Shown piece after piece: positions 24,127-51,100 of a DNA stretch of 64,000 bases. Origin of the DNA: Antedon mediterranea (Eukaryota > Animalia > Echinodermata); the NCBI RefSeq assembly GCF_964355755.1, contig NC_092679.1, positions 18,893,432-18,957,431 of the forward strand, read 5' to 3'. The translations under genes and the position numbers were made by a program. The stretch's first letter is position 1. Each line of letters starts with the position of its first letter. The notes below the pieces were generated by a model that saw nothing but the letters and a program-made list of their open reading frames with translations, did not search any database and was not told the origin of the DNA.

Positions 24127-27053
24127 ATGTTATATTTGGATGTCCATTTCTTCTCTAATTTACTCTTCCTGTCTTTTTTTATTTTAGAAATTCAATCCAG
24201 TGATTTGATTGATAAACCTAATGTTATTCTAATATTAGCAGATGATCTTGGGTTTGGAGACTTGTCTTCATACGGACACCCCACTCAAGAAGTAGGTGCA
24301 ATTGACCAGCTAGCAGCAGAGGGAATTCGGTTTACTCAATGGTACAGTCCAAGTTCACTATGCTCCCCAAGCAGAGCAGCTATGCTCACAGGTATATTAA
24401 GTTGCTTGGTTTTTCTGATCGTTTATCAGATGTCTCCGAATTTCATGTATTAAATTGTTCTATCTATGGTAATTATTATAATTGTGTAACGTTCATGAGT
24501 TTTCAATCAATCAGCTGATTTAATTCATGAGGCCTTTAAAATTATTATTCTTTATCATCAGGTAGATTACCAGTTCGTTTAGGTGTTTATGGTGACCTAC
24601 AAGTGTTCCTACACGGATCTCAAAATGGTTTGCCGAAAGAAGAGGTTACAATTCCGGAAGCACTTAAAAGACATGGATACAAGACGGGAATGACTGGGAA
24701 GTGGCATTTAGGTACTGGACATACAACTGGACATACTGGACATACTACTAAAAACAATGATGCTCCACAAATAATTATTCTTTTTTATTAACTTACTAAA
24801 TATGATTTTTTAAACATAGCTTGCCAATGTCTGTCGTTCCAGTTAAGAATGTCAACTTTTCTACAAACCTTAATAAAGCACGGAGACACAAAAATTCACA
24901 CTTTGACAGGCACTTTGATATAAATTCATCCTCCCTAAACTTCATAACTTTATTTACATCATTATTATTTAAACATTAATTTGTTTTTATTTAAATATAG
25001 GAATAAATGAGTTTGAAGCCAATGATGGCAGACATCTTCCAGTTCACCATGGTTTTGACTTTGTTGGCTACAATCTACCATTCACAAACCACTGGTTGTG
25101 TGATGATACTGGAGTATGCTAACTACCATGTTTTTTCATTGAAGTAGAGGCAACTCTCCCAATACCGGACTCTCTGAAACCAGAAACTTTGTCTGGTATT
25201 GGGAGAGTTGACTTTATTATTATGTTAATTAATAATAATAATATTATTACTACTTTTTATATTGCCAAATGGTGACAAGTGAAAGCTTTTTATTTGGTAT
25301 TTTGTCAAAGCTAAATTTGAATTCTGTATGTAATAATATAATTTTTCAATAATTTTTGATAAAAATGAAATATGTAAATTTCTTCACAAACCCAATCATA
25401 GCTGTAGACACAACAAAAATGTTGTTTCAGGTCACATTATCCCTCCTCATCCATTAAATTATTTTTTCATATTATAGTTATCTACTTAATTATTATATCA
25501 TTTATTCATTTGTTCATGTGTTCGCTTATATATTTTGCACAGTTCATACACACACCTCAAATATTAAATGTTGAAAAAAAGTACACTCGAAAACAATGAA
25601 AATGTGGATAATAATTCAGTAATTTTTGTGGTATAAAAAATTGCATAAAAAATCGTAAATTTGTTTCTAATTTTTCTAGAATGTGTTTCTTTTCAGATAC
25701 ACCGAACATATTCAACACCTTCACTTTGTTTCTTATACTACAACACAACAATCGTTCAACAACCAATCAAACTGCAAGAATTAACTTCATCTCTTGTGTT
25801 AGATGCAAAGGCTTTCATTCATGAAAATAAGGATGATCCATTCTTTTTGTATTTTTCTTTAAATAATGTACATGACGCAATGTTTGCAGGAAATAAATTT
25901 AAAGGGAAATCAAAACGAGGTGAGATGTTATATATTTAGTTTTTTAATGATTTCAAATTTATCAACCAGTTTTAATAAGTTTATAAGCTGTTTTTATCTT
26001 TAATATTGTTGTCCTTTCAATCAATGATAATATAGTATGATGAACTTCTCTTTCAGGCATCTATGGCGATTGTGTTAATGATATGCATTGGGCTGTCGGT
26101 GAGGTCATTGACACCCTAAAGCAATTGAGATTGGAGAAGAAAACCCTTGTATTGTTCCTGTCGGACCATGGACCTCACACCGAACTTGGTAATGAGGGAG
26201 GAATAACTGGCCCATTTAGAGGTAAATTTCGTTAATATTTGGTAAAAGAATGACTATATGAATATAAAGAAATAGCCTATTTTTAGCATTTTGAGAGATA
26301 TTTTAAGGCGAGTGTAGGTGCTGAGATGGGTGGAGGTCCGATCAGCTTAAATTTCTCATACCCGGTACCGGTATTTATTCCTATTTATTATTCAACCTCC
26401 CTCAAGGTAATAAAGGAACATCGTGGGAAGGAGGCTACCGTGTTCCTGCGATTGCCTGGTGGCCAGGAATGATAAAGCCTGGCCAAACATCAAACGCTGT
26501 CATAAGCAGTCTTGATTTATACCCCACAATTATAAACATAATAAATGGCAACATATCTAACAACTTACTGTATGATGGTGTAAACGTAAAGAATGCTATA
26601 CTGGAAAATGCAGACATTGGTATAAGAATGCTGTTCTATTATTGTGACGACCGATTAACAGCTGTTCGATACGGGTCATATAAAGTTCATTTGTACACAT
26701 TTGGTGAATATGACGCCAGTGTATATAACGTTGGTGGGCCTAAGCATGGTATACCTCAAAATAACTATTACCACTGTTTAGATTGCTATGATGACTGTGT
26801 TAAAGGTCATAACCCACCTATAATGTTTAATATTGATATAGATCCAAGTGAACTATATCCACTTGATATTAATACGCATGCTGATGTATTGGAGAAAGTT
26901 TTCGAGGAACTCCAGAAACACAAAGAAACTTTAATAGTGAAGCCAGCTTTACTTGATACGTGGATAAAGAGTCTTGTTCCATGTTGTAACCCTCCATATT
27001 GCATATGTGACAAGACAAACCAAAATTTACAATCATGTCATTTAAGGCAATAA
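24127..27053 (+). CDS. Secreted/lysosomal arylsulfatase (formylglycine-dependent, 6 exons)
   Basis: Exons 24127-24391, 24562-24711, 25001-25113, 25697-25919, 26057-26221, 26407-27053. Signal peptide, [27 protein letters not shown] (CxPxR), [19 protein letters not shown]-terminal [10 protein letters not shown]. Confidence 0.95.
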
Positions 27054-28158
27054 ACTTTATTTTTAAATTCTCATGATTTCCAAATTATGCAACCATATGT
27101 ATACTGGGTAAGATTAAGAGGTGACTGATATAATTTATATAATAACTGTAGATTAAAACTTTTAATTAAGACATTAATTGTGTACAATTGAAAAGAATAG
27201 ACATGTATTTATTTCATTACTGTAAATTAAGTAATATGTTGGTGCTAAAGTTATGAATTCGTAGAACTTAACAATCCAGGTATCTAGGGTTAAAATAAAA
27301 TATCTACCTCTGTTGCAAAAAAAAAGTGCTACAACATAACTTTAGTATACTACATTAAAATCTACCATAAAATGGTAACAAACACAGGAATTTGATAATT
27401 ATATGAATATTTATAAACAAAATTAATTTATTGAATAAATTGCACAAAATGTATACACCATTAATTACCAGTACCATAGAGGTAAAAAATTAATTATTGT
27501 TATTGATAGTATTTATTTTTTACCTTAATTACAATTACATGTTCATACTCGGATTTAGATATTTAAAATTTAGAAATTGTATTTAATGCTAACATTAACA
27601 ATATTTATTTATATTTTTTTTCTACACCAATATTTTAATGTAAAAAGTTGAGGTATGGTGTACAAAAATGTACTACGGAAAATGTATATTTCATTGTGAA
27701 TCAGAATGTACAGTACAGTAGCTATCTATAGTAATAATATGCTTTATTTAAACACGAAAACTTGGCTCAACTAGCAGTTGTTTTTCTGCAAGGCCGTGTA
27801 TAAATACAAAAAGTTCACAAACAAAAACCTTAACTACAATACATTAGTGAGGTACTGTAGTTTCCCAATCTACTGTACTATAACTTTACTCTATTAGTTC
27901 CCACAGACATCCTGTATCTGTAAGTGCCCCCACCTCCCCCTAAACAAATAATTTTCTGTAATAACTAAATATTAGTAATATAATTACTGATGCAGATATT
28001 GCAGAGGGTTAATGTAACCCTCAACAAAGAGCATGCCTCGGACTGCATGTATGCTGTAGTGGCTATTCCACCTGTACTGCCCTCCTCTGAATCCCCACTT
28101 CTTGAGCCTTACATACCTTCCACTATTGTTACTGTGAATGTGTCACATAGTATATTAA

Positions 28159-28758
28159 AGACACCTTCCCTACGTTTTTTAGATCTAATTTAAGATCACA
28201 AACTATATTTAATTATAAAATAATTCTATATGGTTCTACTGCGATAACTTTTTTCGTGGTTAAAAATGTGAAAAATAAGTCGATTCTAATAATTATAGCG
28301 GCCCGCTATAAATCCCAAAATGCATTGCGCGCGGATTGATACTTTTGTTTTTCTTCTGTAATTCACCCACTTTTCGATCGATAGTGAGGCCAAAACAAAT
28401 GGAAGACTTCAAACTTTTCAACGAAAATACTGGGTTTTCCCCAATTTGTATCAACGGAGTCTGGCAAAAATAGAAAGACAATTAATGAAGCAACTATACA
28501 ACGTCATGCTAGGTATATAGCTAGCGTACAATGTTCGTACAATACTGATGTTTACCAGCTAGGCTTACAAAACTAAGCCTAGCTAGGCTAGGCCTAAAGA
28601 CCGTCCACAAGAGGTCATTCGCTAGGTAGTGCATTGTTTCTCACTTTTTATCATAATTTACCATAAAACGTACATTTAAGGAAAGACCTGGTTTAATGTT
28701 TTTAAAGTAATATATGTATTATTTTTACAAAACGTCACAAATTGTAGGGAAGGTGTCT
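28159..28758. mobile_element. Non-autonomous Kolobok-like element (600 bp)
   Basis: Perfect 15-bp TIR AGACACCTTCCCTAC / GTAGGGAAGGTGTCT flanked by TTAA on both sides (28155-28158, 28759-28762). RR..YY termini argue for Kolobok rather than piggyBac. Confidence 0.85.
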
Positions 28759-29056
28759 TTAACCTCTGATGAATGGATGAAATCTTTACAAATTGTGATA
28801 TCATAGTGAGCCCTTTTAAGGTTCACTGTCCTCTTGATTATCTAGGAAATGAAATGATTCAATTATGAATTACTGAACTACATAATTACATCATGAAGGA
28901 AATATAGCCTACAGGTATACAGTATAATATCTATATGTTTCCTCCATGATTAAATGTACATAATTGTATGCTACATGGCCATTTAAAATGATACATATAA
29001 CCAGATATAGCATCCAATAGGACCAATAAAATATTCTTTATGGGTTATATCGACTT

Positions 29057-41336
<12,280 letters not shown>

Positions 41337-42116
41337 CCTGCTGTTCCGTAATGCAATGATATTATGATGAAATTAAAACGAAAGGGTATTCCCCCAATTC
41401 ATTGTTAACGCATGAATGATTTTGCAAAAACAGACCAACCAGCAATGAATATTCATGATTTCTGCCTTCACCGCGCCTGATGATCAGATAGTAGGCCTAT
41501 AGTAGGAGAAACAATCATGGCCATGTGCCTATGAACTGTCTTCTAGGCTGTAATGCATGACTGAGGGTGTTTTTGTTTTTGTTTTTAAATAATGATTTTA
41601 ATGAATAATGTAGGCCTACACAACACGGATACACGGACGACAAGTTTTTAATCAAAAGTGTGCCAGACTTTTCAATAATCAGTATAATTTATAAAGATGT
41701 AGACAGTATGTATGTAAAGTATCTTTGAGATTCATACATCTATATATTCTTATAGAAGCTACAGTATTCTTAATCTAGAACCTTATCTAATAATTTAGTA
41801 AGGCATATTTTCAATTTCAGTTTTGACCCCAATATTCACACCCTCCTCTTCTTTAATCAGTACATCAAGTGAAAGATTTACATTTTGTTTTCGATATAAG
41901 ATAACGAACCAATAAAATAATAGACACCTAGGAAGATGGACCAATCAGAAACTAGTTTGATATTTTTAGCTATGTATATAGAACTTTGTTCTAACTATCT
42001 AAACATAAACTTTATTGAACTCAGACACTAATAAAGTGTACTAACCAGTTGATAAAGGCTCATTAAAGTCATAATATTTGTTTCGTGATTATTTTACGTC
42101 CAGAAATAATTTGGCC

Positions 42117-45100
42117 ATGTGTCGAACTATCTATGTTTTTTTCCTAATTTTCATCGTTTTTAACAATGTGATTCAATGTAGAGACACGTCGCACCAAGAT
42201 GAAAAGAATTATACAGGAGATAGTAAGTTTTTTTTAATGTTCTTTTGTATCATAAAACTGTAATGTAGTGTATGTAGGCCTAGTGGATATTGTTGGTATG
42301 GCCAGTGGGGTTGGGGGGGGGGGGAAGACTGAAATTATGCAAAATTCACGAGCCGTTGTTAATCGTGTTAATCCAATTAAATTTCTATAACGAGGCATTT
42401 AATAAAAAGGCAAATTGCCTTAAAATGTAAATGTGACATGTTTCGAGAAACTATTCTCATCATCAGAACAGTAAACAATGCCTAGAGTGCTATATACCAA
42501 TAGGACATATTGTATGTAAATAAGTAAGTATTTATTATTTATAAAAAGGCTATTTGCCTTTTTATTAAATGCCTCGTTATAGTCATCCTAACTTGCATGT
42601 TTGGTGGTATTATTCATGAATTAAATTTCTATTCTTCTACATTGTTTTGTGAATAAACTAAAGGTACCCCTTGGTTATACGCGCTGCACCGCCAATTGTA
42701 ATTTTACTCTTCTCTGGTATATGGCCTTTTCTACTATATTTATCCTTTCTCCACCAAAAAGTGCTTCTTTACAAATTGTGGTCTTTCAAGTACTGGCCAC
42801 AAAAGGAATTTGATCCTTAATTCTCCTAATTGTGTCTTATTTTTCTGTTTTTCAACTCTCTCAACCAGTCACATGGATATATATAGTACCCTTAAGAACA
42901 CTATTTCCTATAATTTATTCAACAATTATTCTTTTTATTCTTCTTTTTTACAGTATGTTTTCAATTGATTTGTTATCAATAGTTAAACTGCTTTTGTTAT
43001 AGGTTCTTTTGAAAGTAAAAGTATAGATGCAACCAATGAAGACAGTGATTATTGGAAAGATGGTAAGTGTTCCCAATGTTTATTTTTACTTTCTCCATAG
43101 TTTTACCTCTTCATTCACTAGACTCTAGAGACACTTGCTTGGGTGCATTCATGATTTCCAATTTGAAAGCATTTCTTCAATTGTTTAATGATATACTTTA
43201 ATAAATATTCTTGTGATTTTTTCAAATTCAAAGACTGGATATCCTTGGGTATAATCTCACTCCGGTACACCCAAAAGCCAAAACAAAATACAATGTAACA
43301 TTTTTTATGAATAATTTAACATAAAAAAATTGCATATCCATCTACTTATTTAAAACACATTATCCCTTTCCCAAATGAGATTTTATTTTATGATTTTTAT
43401 TTTATATTAAGGTATTACATATACAGTAGCATTTGTTTTCTTTTTGAAAAGGTACATTAGAGAAGGTGTTGTACACATATGACACTGAAGATGCTCCAAA
43501 ATGTCACACACCAAGAGCAAAGGTAACATATACATTGAATAATTGTTTTCTTGGTAGTAGCTGAGTTTAAGACCGATCGCAAACTCACCAATATAATTGA
43601 CAAGCCTAAATAACCAAATTTAGTTCAAAATGTGACCAATCCATGTACAACTATAATCAAACAAGGTTCTGCACAGTTCCTATAGGAAGATGATGTTAAA
43701 CTTCCCACATTCAATTCTGGTAATTTTCCCTTTGTGTCTTTGTGTATGGTTGTGTGAAATAGATACAAGTTGGCGACAACCATACAAACCTTATACAGTA
43801 TACCCATCACCCCCCCCCCCCCCACCACTCTCTCTCACTCACTTTCCCCTGTTAGTTTAACAAGGTTTGTTATTTTCAAACAAAAGGCAGTTATTTCCCA
43901 CAAATAAACTTTCAAACATCGGGTGATGGTCAATATTCAAGTAAAAGTTTTTTTCAGGGGTCATATAATGCGTCTAACAATAAGCACACGCTTTATACTG
44001 GGTTGCTGCACTCTCTTTTGATAGCATACTGTCATGAATCCTATATTAATCGGCTTATTGCATGTACGTTGTCATTTTAAATGAAGTGATTAGGTCATAA
44101 ATAGAACATTCTAGATTATGTCCAATCGTGCTAGATATAGAAGTAATTTTGTTGATACATAATCACTTAGTATAAATGACAACACTTCTCTTTATCAATA
44201 GAACAAACTTTTGTTAATTTGACATCAAAGTTTTTCTGTGCGTTATCAATAATTGTACCCAGTTTGATAAGCATGTGACTGTTATAAATACATTTTATCT
44301 GAAATGTTGACACTGATAAAGTTCAATTGGTTCCCAAATCTATAACATTGTTGTATTTAGGGTGTGTTTCAAATTAATATCTTTGACAGAAAAGTTATTT
44401 ATTTTCATAGCATTGTGTTCAAACTTTTGATTGTCTAAAGTCTAAAAAAAACTTAGCAGTGGAAGTGTTATAGACCTAACGTAGATCAGCCCATTACCTC
44501 CTCCAATGTAAAAAATTTCAGGAGGTAAAATGAAAAAGAAAAAATATTAAGCCACAAAACTGTTTTTTTGTTGTTAGGGAAATGTGTTGCCTTCTGGAGA
44601 GTTTAACTGTCCAGTAGTGCATTCGAGGGAAGTTCCAACATCAGGTTAGTTACAATTTAAATGTTTCTCATTTGGGTGTAAAATAATTTCTACATTGGCC
44701 TCAATTTCCAGTTGCACCATCCACCCAGTGCATTATCTTGTGTACGAGGGTAGTGGGAGTTATTAAATCATAACTTACTCCCTATAAATAAAGTACAATC
44801 AATTTATCCATTAAGATTGTTTGTAATAGTTTAATATATGGTAGGCCTACATTAAATGTTTTTATTTATATTTACATCACTCTCGTATGAGTAATCTTAC
44901 TGGTTTTAAACCATGCTTTTCAGTTCATAGATTAAGACCTGGTGACATCAAAGTTATTGGGGCTATTGGTGACTCAATCACGGTAAGTCCAGCCAAAATT
45001 ACAGTATGAATGATGAATGATATTGAAATGTTCAATCTTTTATCATCAAATACAGTAGCTGTTAACGATATTGTTTTTTAAACTCTTCTTGCATTCATAA

Positions 45101-48100
45101 CATTTTTGATTGATATCAGAGGATCCACAAGTTTGATATATACCGTATATCTTCAGGTATAATCCCACTTCGGGTCTAATCCCACCTCCTACTGTATGCC
45201 TTATTTTACAAACCAGTATATCCTTGGGTATAGTCCCAGTATTGACTTTCGGTCTGGATGTATAGGCCTCTCCCTAGCCATTTCATATTTTTATAAGTAA
45301 TGTTTAGTAATAATTTTTTTTCCTGAATCAAGGTTTCCCTGGGTATAGTCCCACCCCTTACAGTCAGCCCAATTTCGTGTTCTAGGGAGGTGGGATTACC
45401 AGAGAATATTCAGTAATATAAAACAAACTCTGAAAAAAAGTGAGGAAAGCTAATATGATTGATATGTATTTGCAATTCTTCAGTTTCCGTGTAACGGTGA
45501 ATCAATCATCAAAATAGACAAAGTAAATACCTACTAAACCTACAAGCTATAAAAAGTAATAAAAACAGACAAATAACAGCAACAATCGACATATTGTAAA
45601 TGGATAACATATGGAAAAGCTTACATCATTTTTATTTTGGGTTAAATTCAAGGAAACATATGAAGATGATTTAAACCAAAGCAAACATTTGTAATAATTT
45701 AATTTTAGCACATTACATGTACAGGAACAATGATGACTCTGTATGTTCATGGTAATGATTATTACTCTGTGGTTTGTTTAATGTTTTCAGGCTGCCAATG
45801 GAGCATTGAGTGAAACTCTTCCTGGTGTGTTGTTGCAGTATAGAGGAGTTTCCTGGTCGTAAGTGAAAGCATTTTTATCATGATGCAAAAGATAATGTCA
45901 CTAGAAAATTCCCATGCTATTTTTGTTCAAATTGTTAATCATGAAAACAAAAAGTTCTAAGGAATCAGAAATTAATACCATGGGTGAAAATCCATAAGGA
46001 CAAAATCAACCCTTAGAAGGAGATGGAAACCAGATTCAAAATATCGGGAAAATCTTTGGATATCTGCTTTAGTAATCCCATATATTTGTATAAACTTTGA
46101 TAAAGCAGATTAGTAGCCTAATTACAATACATTAACAAAATACTAATGCATAATATAGCGATAAAGCAGTAGTTTAAATTAATTCAATTTAATTTGGACA
46201 CTTCACCTTTAAAACAGTGGCACTCACAAAAAATAAAAAGCCATTTGTGGTGTGGTAAAAAAAAACCATAACATTACATCAACAAACATTAAAAGTATGG
46301 ACAGAGTATAAAAAAAAAGAAAGAAAAAGATACCATACAAAGCAACAATACAGGAGAGAATACAAAAATAAAATGTTTTTTAGTTCTTTATGGTGTAAAT
46401 TTAACTTGTCTGACTTTCCATTCCTTGTTGTATTACTAAGTATAGAATCTTGTTTTTATTACCTGAATTTTTCCCTTCTTTATATTGTGTCTTCTCACTT
46501 TCAATACGATCTCATTTAAGGAAGTATAATCAATCATGTTGTAGAAATTCCTTCACATTCATAACTGTATATAGCGTGACAGACAATGAGTCTATTTACA
46601 TCTAGAAAATTTCAAGTCATCATCAGATAAAGAGCATAACAAAACCGGTTTCATCGCTGTTGGTTGTGAACTGAATAAAATTAAAATTAAATAAATACCT
46701 TAGTGTTGTCAATTGATATCCTCTTATTGGATCAATATGGGCTTATTTTACCAGAAGCTCAGATATAAGCATTAAAGCCAATTTACAGACTAGAGGTAAT
46801 GGTAATAAACATATAGAACCTATGTTATTCCTTATAACCATTTACATATTGGATTGGGCGGTTTCCGCTCAGGATAAATACATATTATATGTGGGATAAG
46901 CTACGTCTGTGTAAATTGGCCTTTAATGAATGGTAGTACAAACAAAGTAAAATAAAAAATATAAATAAATGAATGAATGGCTTGATAAAGTTTTCTAGAG
47001 TAACAAAAAGCAACATTCCAAACTTTATGTATTTGAGGAATGCATGTTTGTAGTTTCATGATTATACATTCTCTTTTTTATTTCTTATTGTGTCATTCTG
47101 TAGTATGGGTGGTGATGGCAATCTGGAAGAATATCAAACACTCACAAGTAAGTGGTTGTATAACCAGATTTTTAAAATGTTTAAAATATTCTGTTGTTTA
47201 CATTTTTACCTTGTATTATGTTGTATGTTACAGGGATTGTGGACACAAATGTGTTATGCCGCTCTGTTAATGTCGCAACCCCTGGACCGCTCGTTGTCGA
47301 ATAAAGAAATGAAAAAAAAATGAAATAGATATTTTAAAATTACAACGTGATTCTCTTTGTGGTATATTTTAGACAATGAATTTACTATAGGCCTATTGCT
47401 CTGTTTTGTATACAACTTCCTAAATATGAAGAAAACTTTATATGACCATATATACAGTAGTCTCAGGGAAAGGCTTGGGTACGACCGTCATACGTGTTTG
47501 GTAAAAGATAGGAGGTAGGATTATATAACAATGTATTTACCAAATTCAATGTCTGAGCCTGAATTAGGGGGTGGGCTTCTACTTGGTCTCAGTCATATAC
47601 AGTAGGATTTTAGCTTTTGTGGTTTTGGTGTAACAAATTGAGTGAAGTTGTTTATAATAATATATACGCCAAAGTTTACAAACTGCTATATATAATAATT
47701 TAATAATATTTTATTTCTTGTAGATATTTTAAGGAAATACAACCCTGACATTCATGGGTATTCTGTAGGGATTGCAAGAACAGACGCACTTGGATCAAAC
47801 CTTAATTCCGCGGTCCCAGGAGCCAAGGCAGTGTAAGTTACTACACTGTCCGCTTTCACCTAACAAAACCTCAGAATATACATACACCAGGGCACACATC
47901 ATACACTAAATGCAGATGTTGACGCCTCTGTGTGTAAATTCTTTCATACAGAAAACATCAAAATTGCTGTAATAATGTCTTTTGTAGTGGCACCTTTAGT
48001 ACTTACATAATACCACAATATTTCAAGAATTCAAAGGAACATGGTTTATTCATGGAGTAAAGAATATTATTCTTTACTCCATGGTTTATTTCATATGGTT

Positions 48101-51100
48101 CTCCCAATATTACGTTAAAACAGCTCTGTCTTAAACTAGGTACAAGGGTACAGTACTACAGAAAGCAGAATTCCTTGTAATTCCCAATAGCATCCAGGTT
48201 TACCTTCATTTACAGGCATGGATTAATTCATGAATGTATGACTTGCGCACAGTTCATTTGGTTTAGAGTGTAAATACTCTAGTCAATCAATTAAACTATA
48301 TTCATTAAATGAGTTTGAATGTCAGTTAGGACATTTTTTCAGTGTACTTTTTTAGCACTTGGTGTTTACACAACTTCATTTTTAAATTGTTACTTTTTAT
48401 AGAGGCATGGAAAATCAGGCACTGAACTTGGTTGAAAAGATGAAAATTGATCCAAACGTTGACTTTGAGAACGATTGGAAACTGGTAACACTTTTCATCG
48501 GCGGTAACGATTTATGTCAATCCTGTAAAAAACCAGAAGAGCGAACTGCAGAACTTTATGTTGCAAACATAGAAAAGGCTTTAAAGATATTCCATGACGA
48601 GGTATAGAAAACAGTTATACTACTGAAAGGCCCTGTGTAAAGCTCTGTCTACACTATCAAACTATTTTGACAAAAAAAGTGTGATGTGCCCAAATATGGT
48701 AGGAATATGCCTAAATATGGTATCTTCCAATCTTCATGTCAATATATGGGCACATCACATTTTTGTCACATAACGTTTTATAGTGTAGACAGATCTTAAG
48801 AATGGTTCAATCTTTAAAAACAGAAATAGTTTCTAAAGCTCTGTCTACACTATATCAAACAAACAAAAATGTGATTTTCCCAAGTATGGTAGTGATATGC
48901 CCAGATATGGTAGTGATATGCCCAGATATGGTAGTGATATGCCCAAATATGGTAGTGATATGACATCATCATGTCCATAATCGGCACATCACATCTTGTT
49001 GTCACATACAGTTTGATAGTGTAGACAGAGGTTATATATTTTCGCTTACATTGTTGATAAATTATTGGAAATTTTATTTTTTTTTATAGTTGCCTAGAAC
49101 GTTTGTAAATGTTGTTGGTATTTTGAATGTTGAAATTATCAGGGAACTTAGGACACCAATTTGCACTGCACTTCATGTGTAAGTTTAATATTACAATACA
49201 TACAGGTTTCAAGTCATTTTATCATTGCCTAGACAATTTTATTGCTGTGGTTATTGATACCAATTTGCACTGCACTTCAGTGTAAGTTTTAATATTACAA
49301 TACATACAGGTTTCAAGTCATTTTATCATTGCCTAGACAATTTTATTGCTGTAGTTATTGATACCAATTTGCACTGCAATGTGTAAGTTTAATATTACAA
49401 TACATATTTTCAATTTAATTTTAAAATTTCTTGGTCAATGATCACCCTAATCATGGAGTAAAGATCTTTACTCCATGCCCTAATGTATTATTATATAACA
49501 ACATCTTTTCAATTTGTGTGTCTACAGTACTTTGGAATGTCCCTGTCCACTGGGATCACAGCTTCGTCTCGAGAAGGTTGTTCACCTTACCAAGCAATAC
49601 CAGGTAATATTTAGGTTTTTTAGCCTTACATTTACATAAAAACACAAATGAATGTTTTATTAGTAACTGGTATTGTTGCCTACCAATCTCAAGGTTATGG
49701 GTTCAAGTCTTGCATTTCTCCGGACACACTAACCTATGTACCGATATAGGGGAATTAGTTTGTGTGGAGAGTTTTTGTTAAAGAATTTCTAGAGTGAATA
49801 ATTGCTGTTGGTACTGTTGGCTATAAACTTGAAATATGTAGAATTTTGTTATATTATATTGTGATACTGTTAACTTTGTATTTACTAGGCATTCCTTCAG
49901 TCAGCTGTAGATAGTGGCAAATATGATGATAAGGAAGATTTTACTGTTGCATATCAGCCTATGTTTCATGACACTGATATTCCTAGGCTTGAGGTAAGAC
50001 ATGATATTCTACATTTATGATAGAAAAATTTAAAGTGATGATTTTATGCTGAAAAAAAATCTTCAATTTTGTTTTATAATAAAAGATTTATCAAATTGTA
50101 CTGCTTTTTATATAGACATGTGTTTTTTCTGTTGTCTAATTTTTTTATTTCTGAACATTTGAAAGATAAACAATTTCCTTCCTTTTTTTTTCAGGATGGC
50201 TCTCCAGATTTTTCATATTTTGCACCAGATTGCTTTCACTTCAGCGGTATAGGACACGCTGCTGCTGCTATTGCTCTCTGGAACAATATGGTACATGGTC
50301 TCAGAATTTCACCAACCACACATATGTCTACACTATCAAACTTTATGTTAAAATTGTGATGTGCCCATATATGGACATGATAATGTCATATCACTATCAC
50401 TGGGCACATTACACTTTTTGTCCAACTGGTTTGATAATGTAGACAGAGCTTCAGGCTCAAATGCCTAAATGAAAAGGACATGATTTTGTCTCACTTATCT
50501 TCCTATATTGTGCAGAACCTTGTTTGAGTACAGTCCCACATGATATTGCATATCAAGTTCTTTTTGTTGGGACAAAGTTCTGACAGTAGGATTTGAGTTT
50601 AACTCTACCCTTCAAAAACATAATTTTTTTAAATTGTAGGGAGCTTCCGAGGTAAACTCTCATGGTCCCTTTGACATGTAAGGGCATAGGCAGTTTGAGA
50701 GAGTTGAGAGGTCATAGACATCAGTGACTGTATACACCAATCATACTTTGATAGGAGAATTTGTTAAGAAGCTGAAGTGTGAATACAGCCACTGAATTTG
50801 TATTGCTGAAACTTGTACATACTATATTTAATAACTCTTTTCTTTATTCAGTTTCAACGAGTAGGATCCAAGGATACCGTTTGGAAATATCAGTCCATCA
50901 ACTGTCCAAGTGAAGATTTCCCGTACCTGTACACAAATGTGAACAGTGCACCAGAATTCCAAGTCAATGAGAAGAACAATCTTCAACAAAAGCAACAAAA
51001 GAAAGATAACTACAAAACACAGTTGCAGAGAGAAGACATTGATGTCATGGGATGGAATGCTGAAGATGACTCTACTAAGGAGTCGCTTTCGAAAGGTTCC

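Noticed and set aside
46590-46640. Minus-strand CUGAUGAUG...GAAA motif
   Set aside because: No stem II or stem I pairing; at best a heavily decayed remnant.
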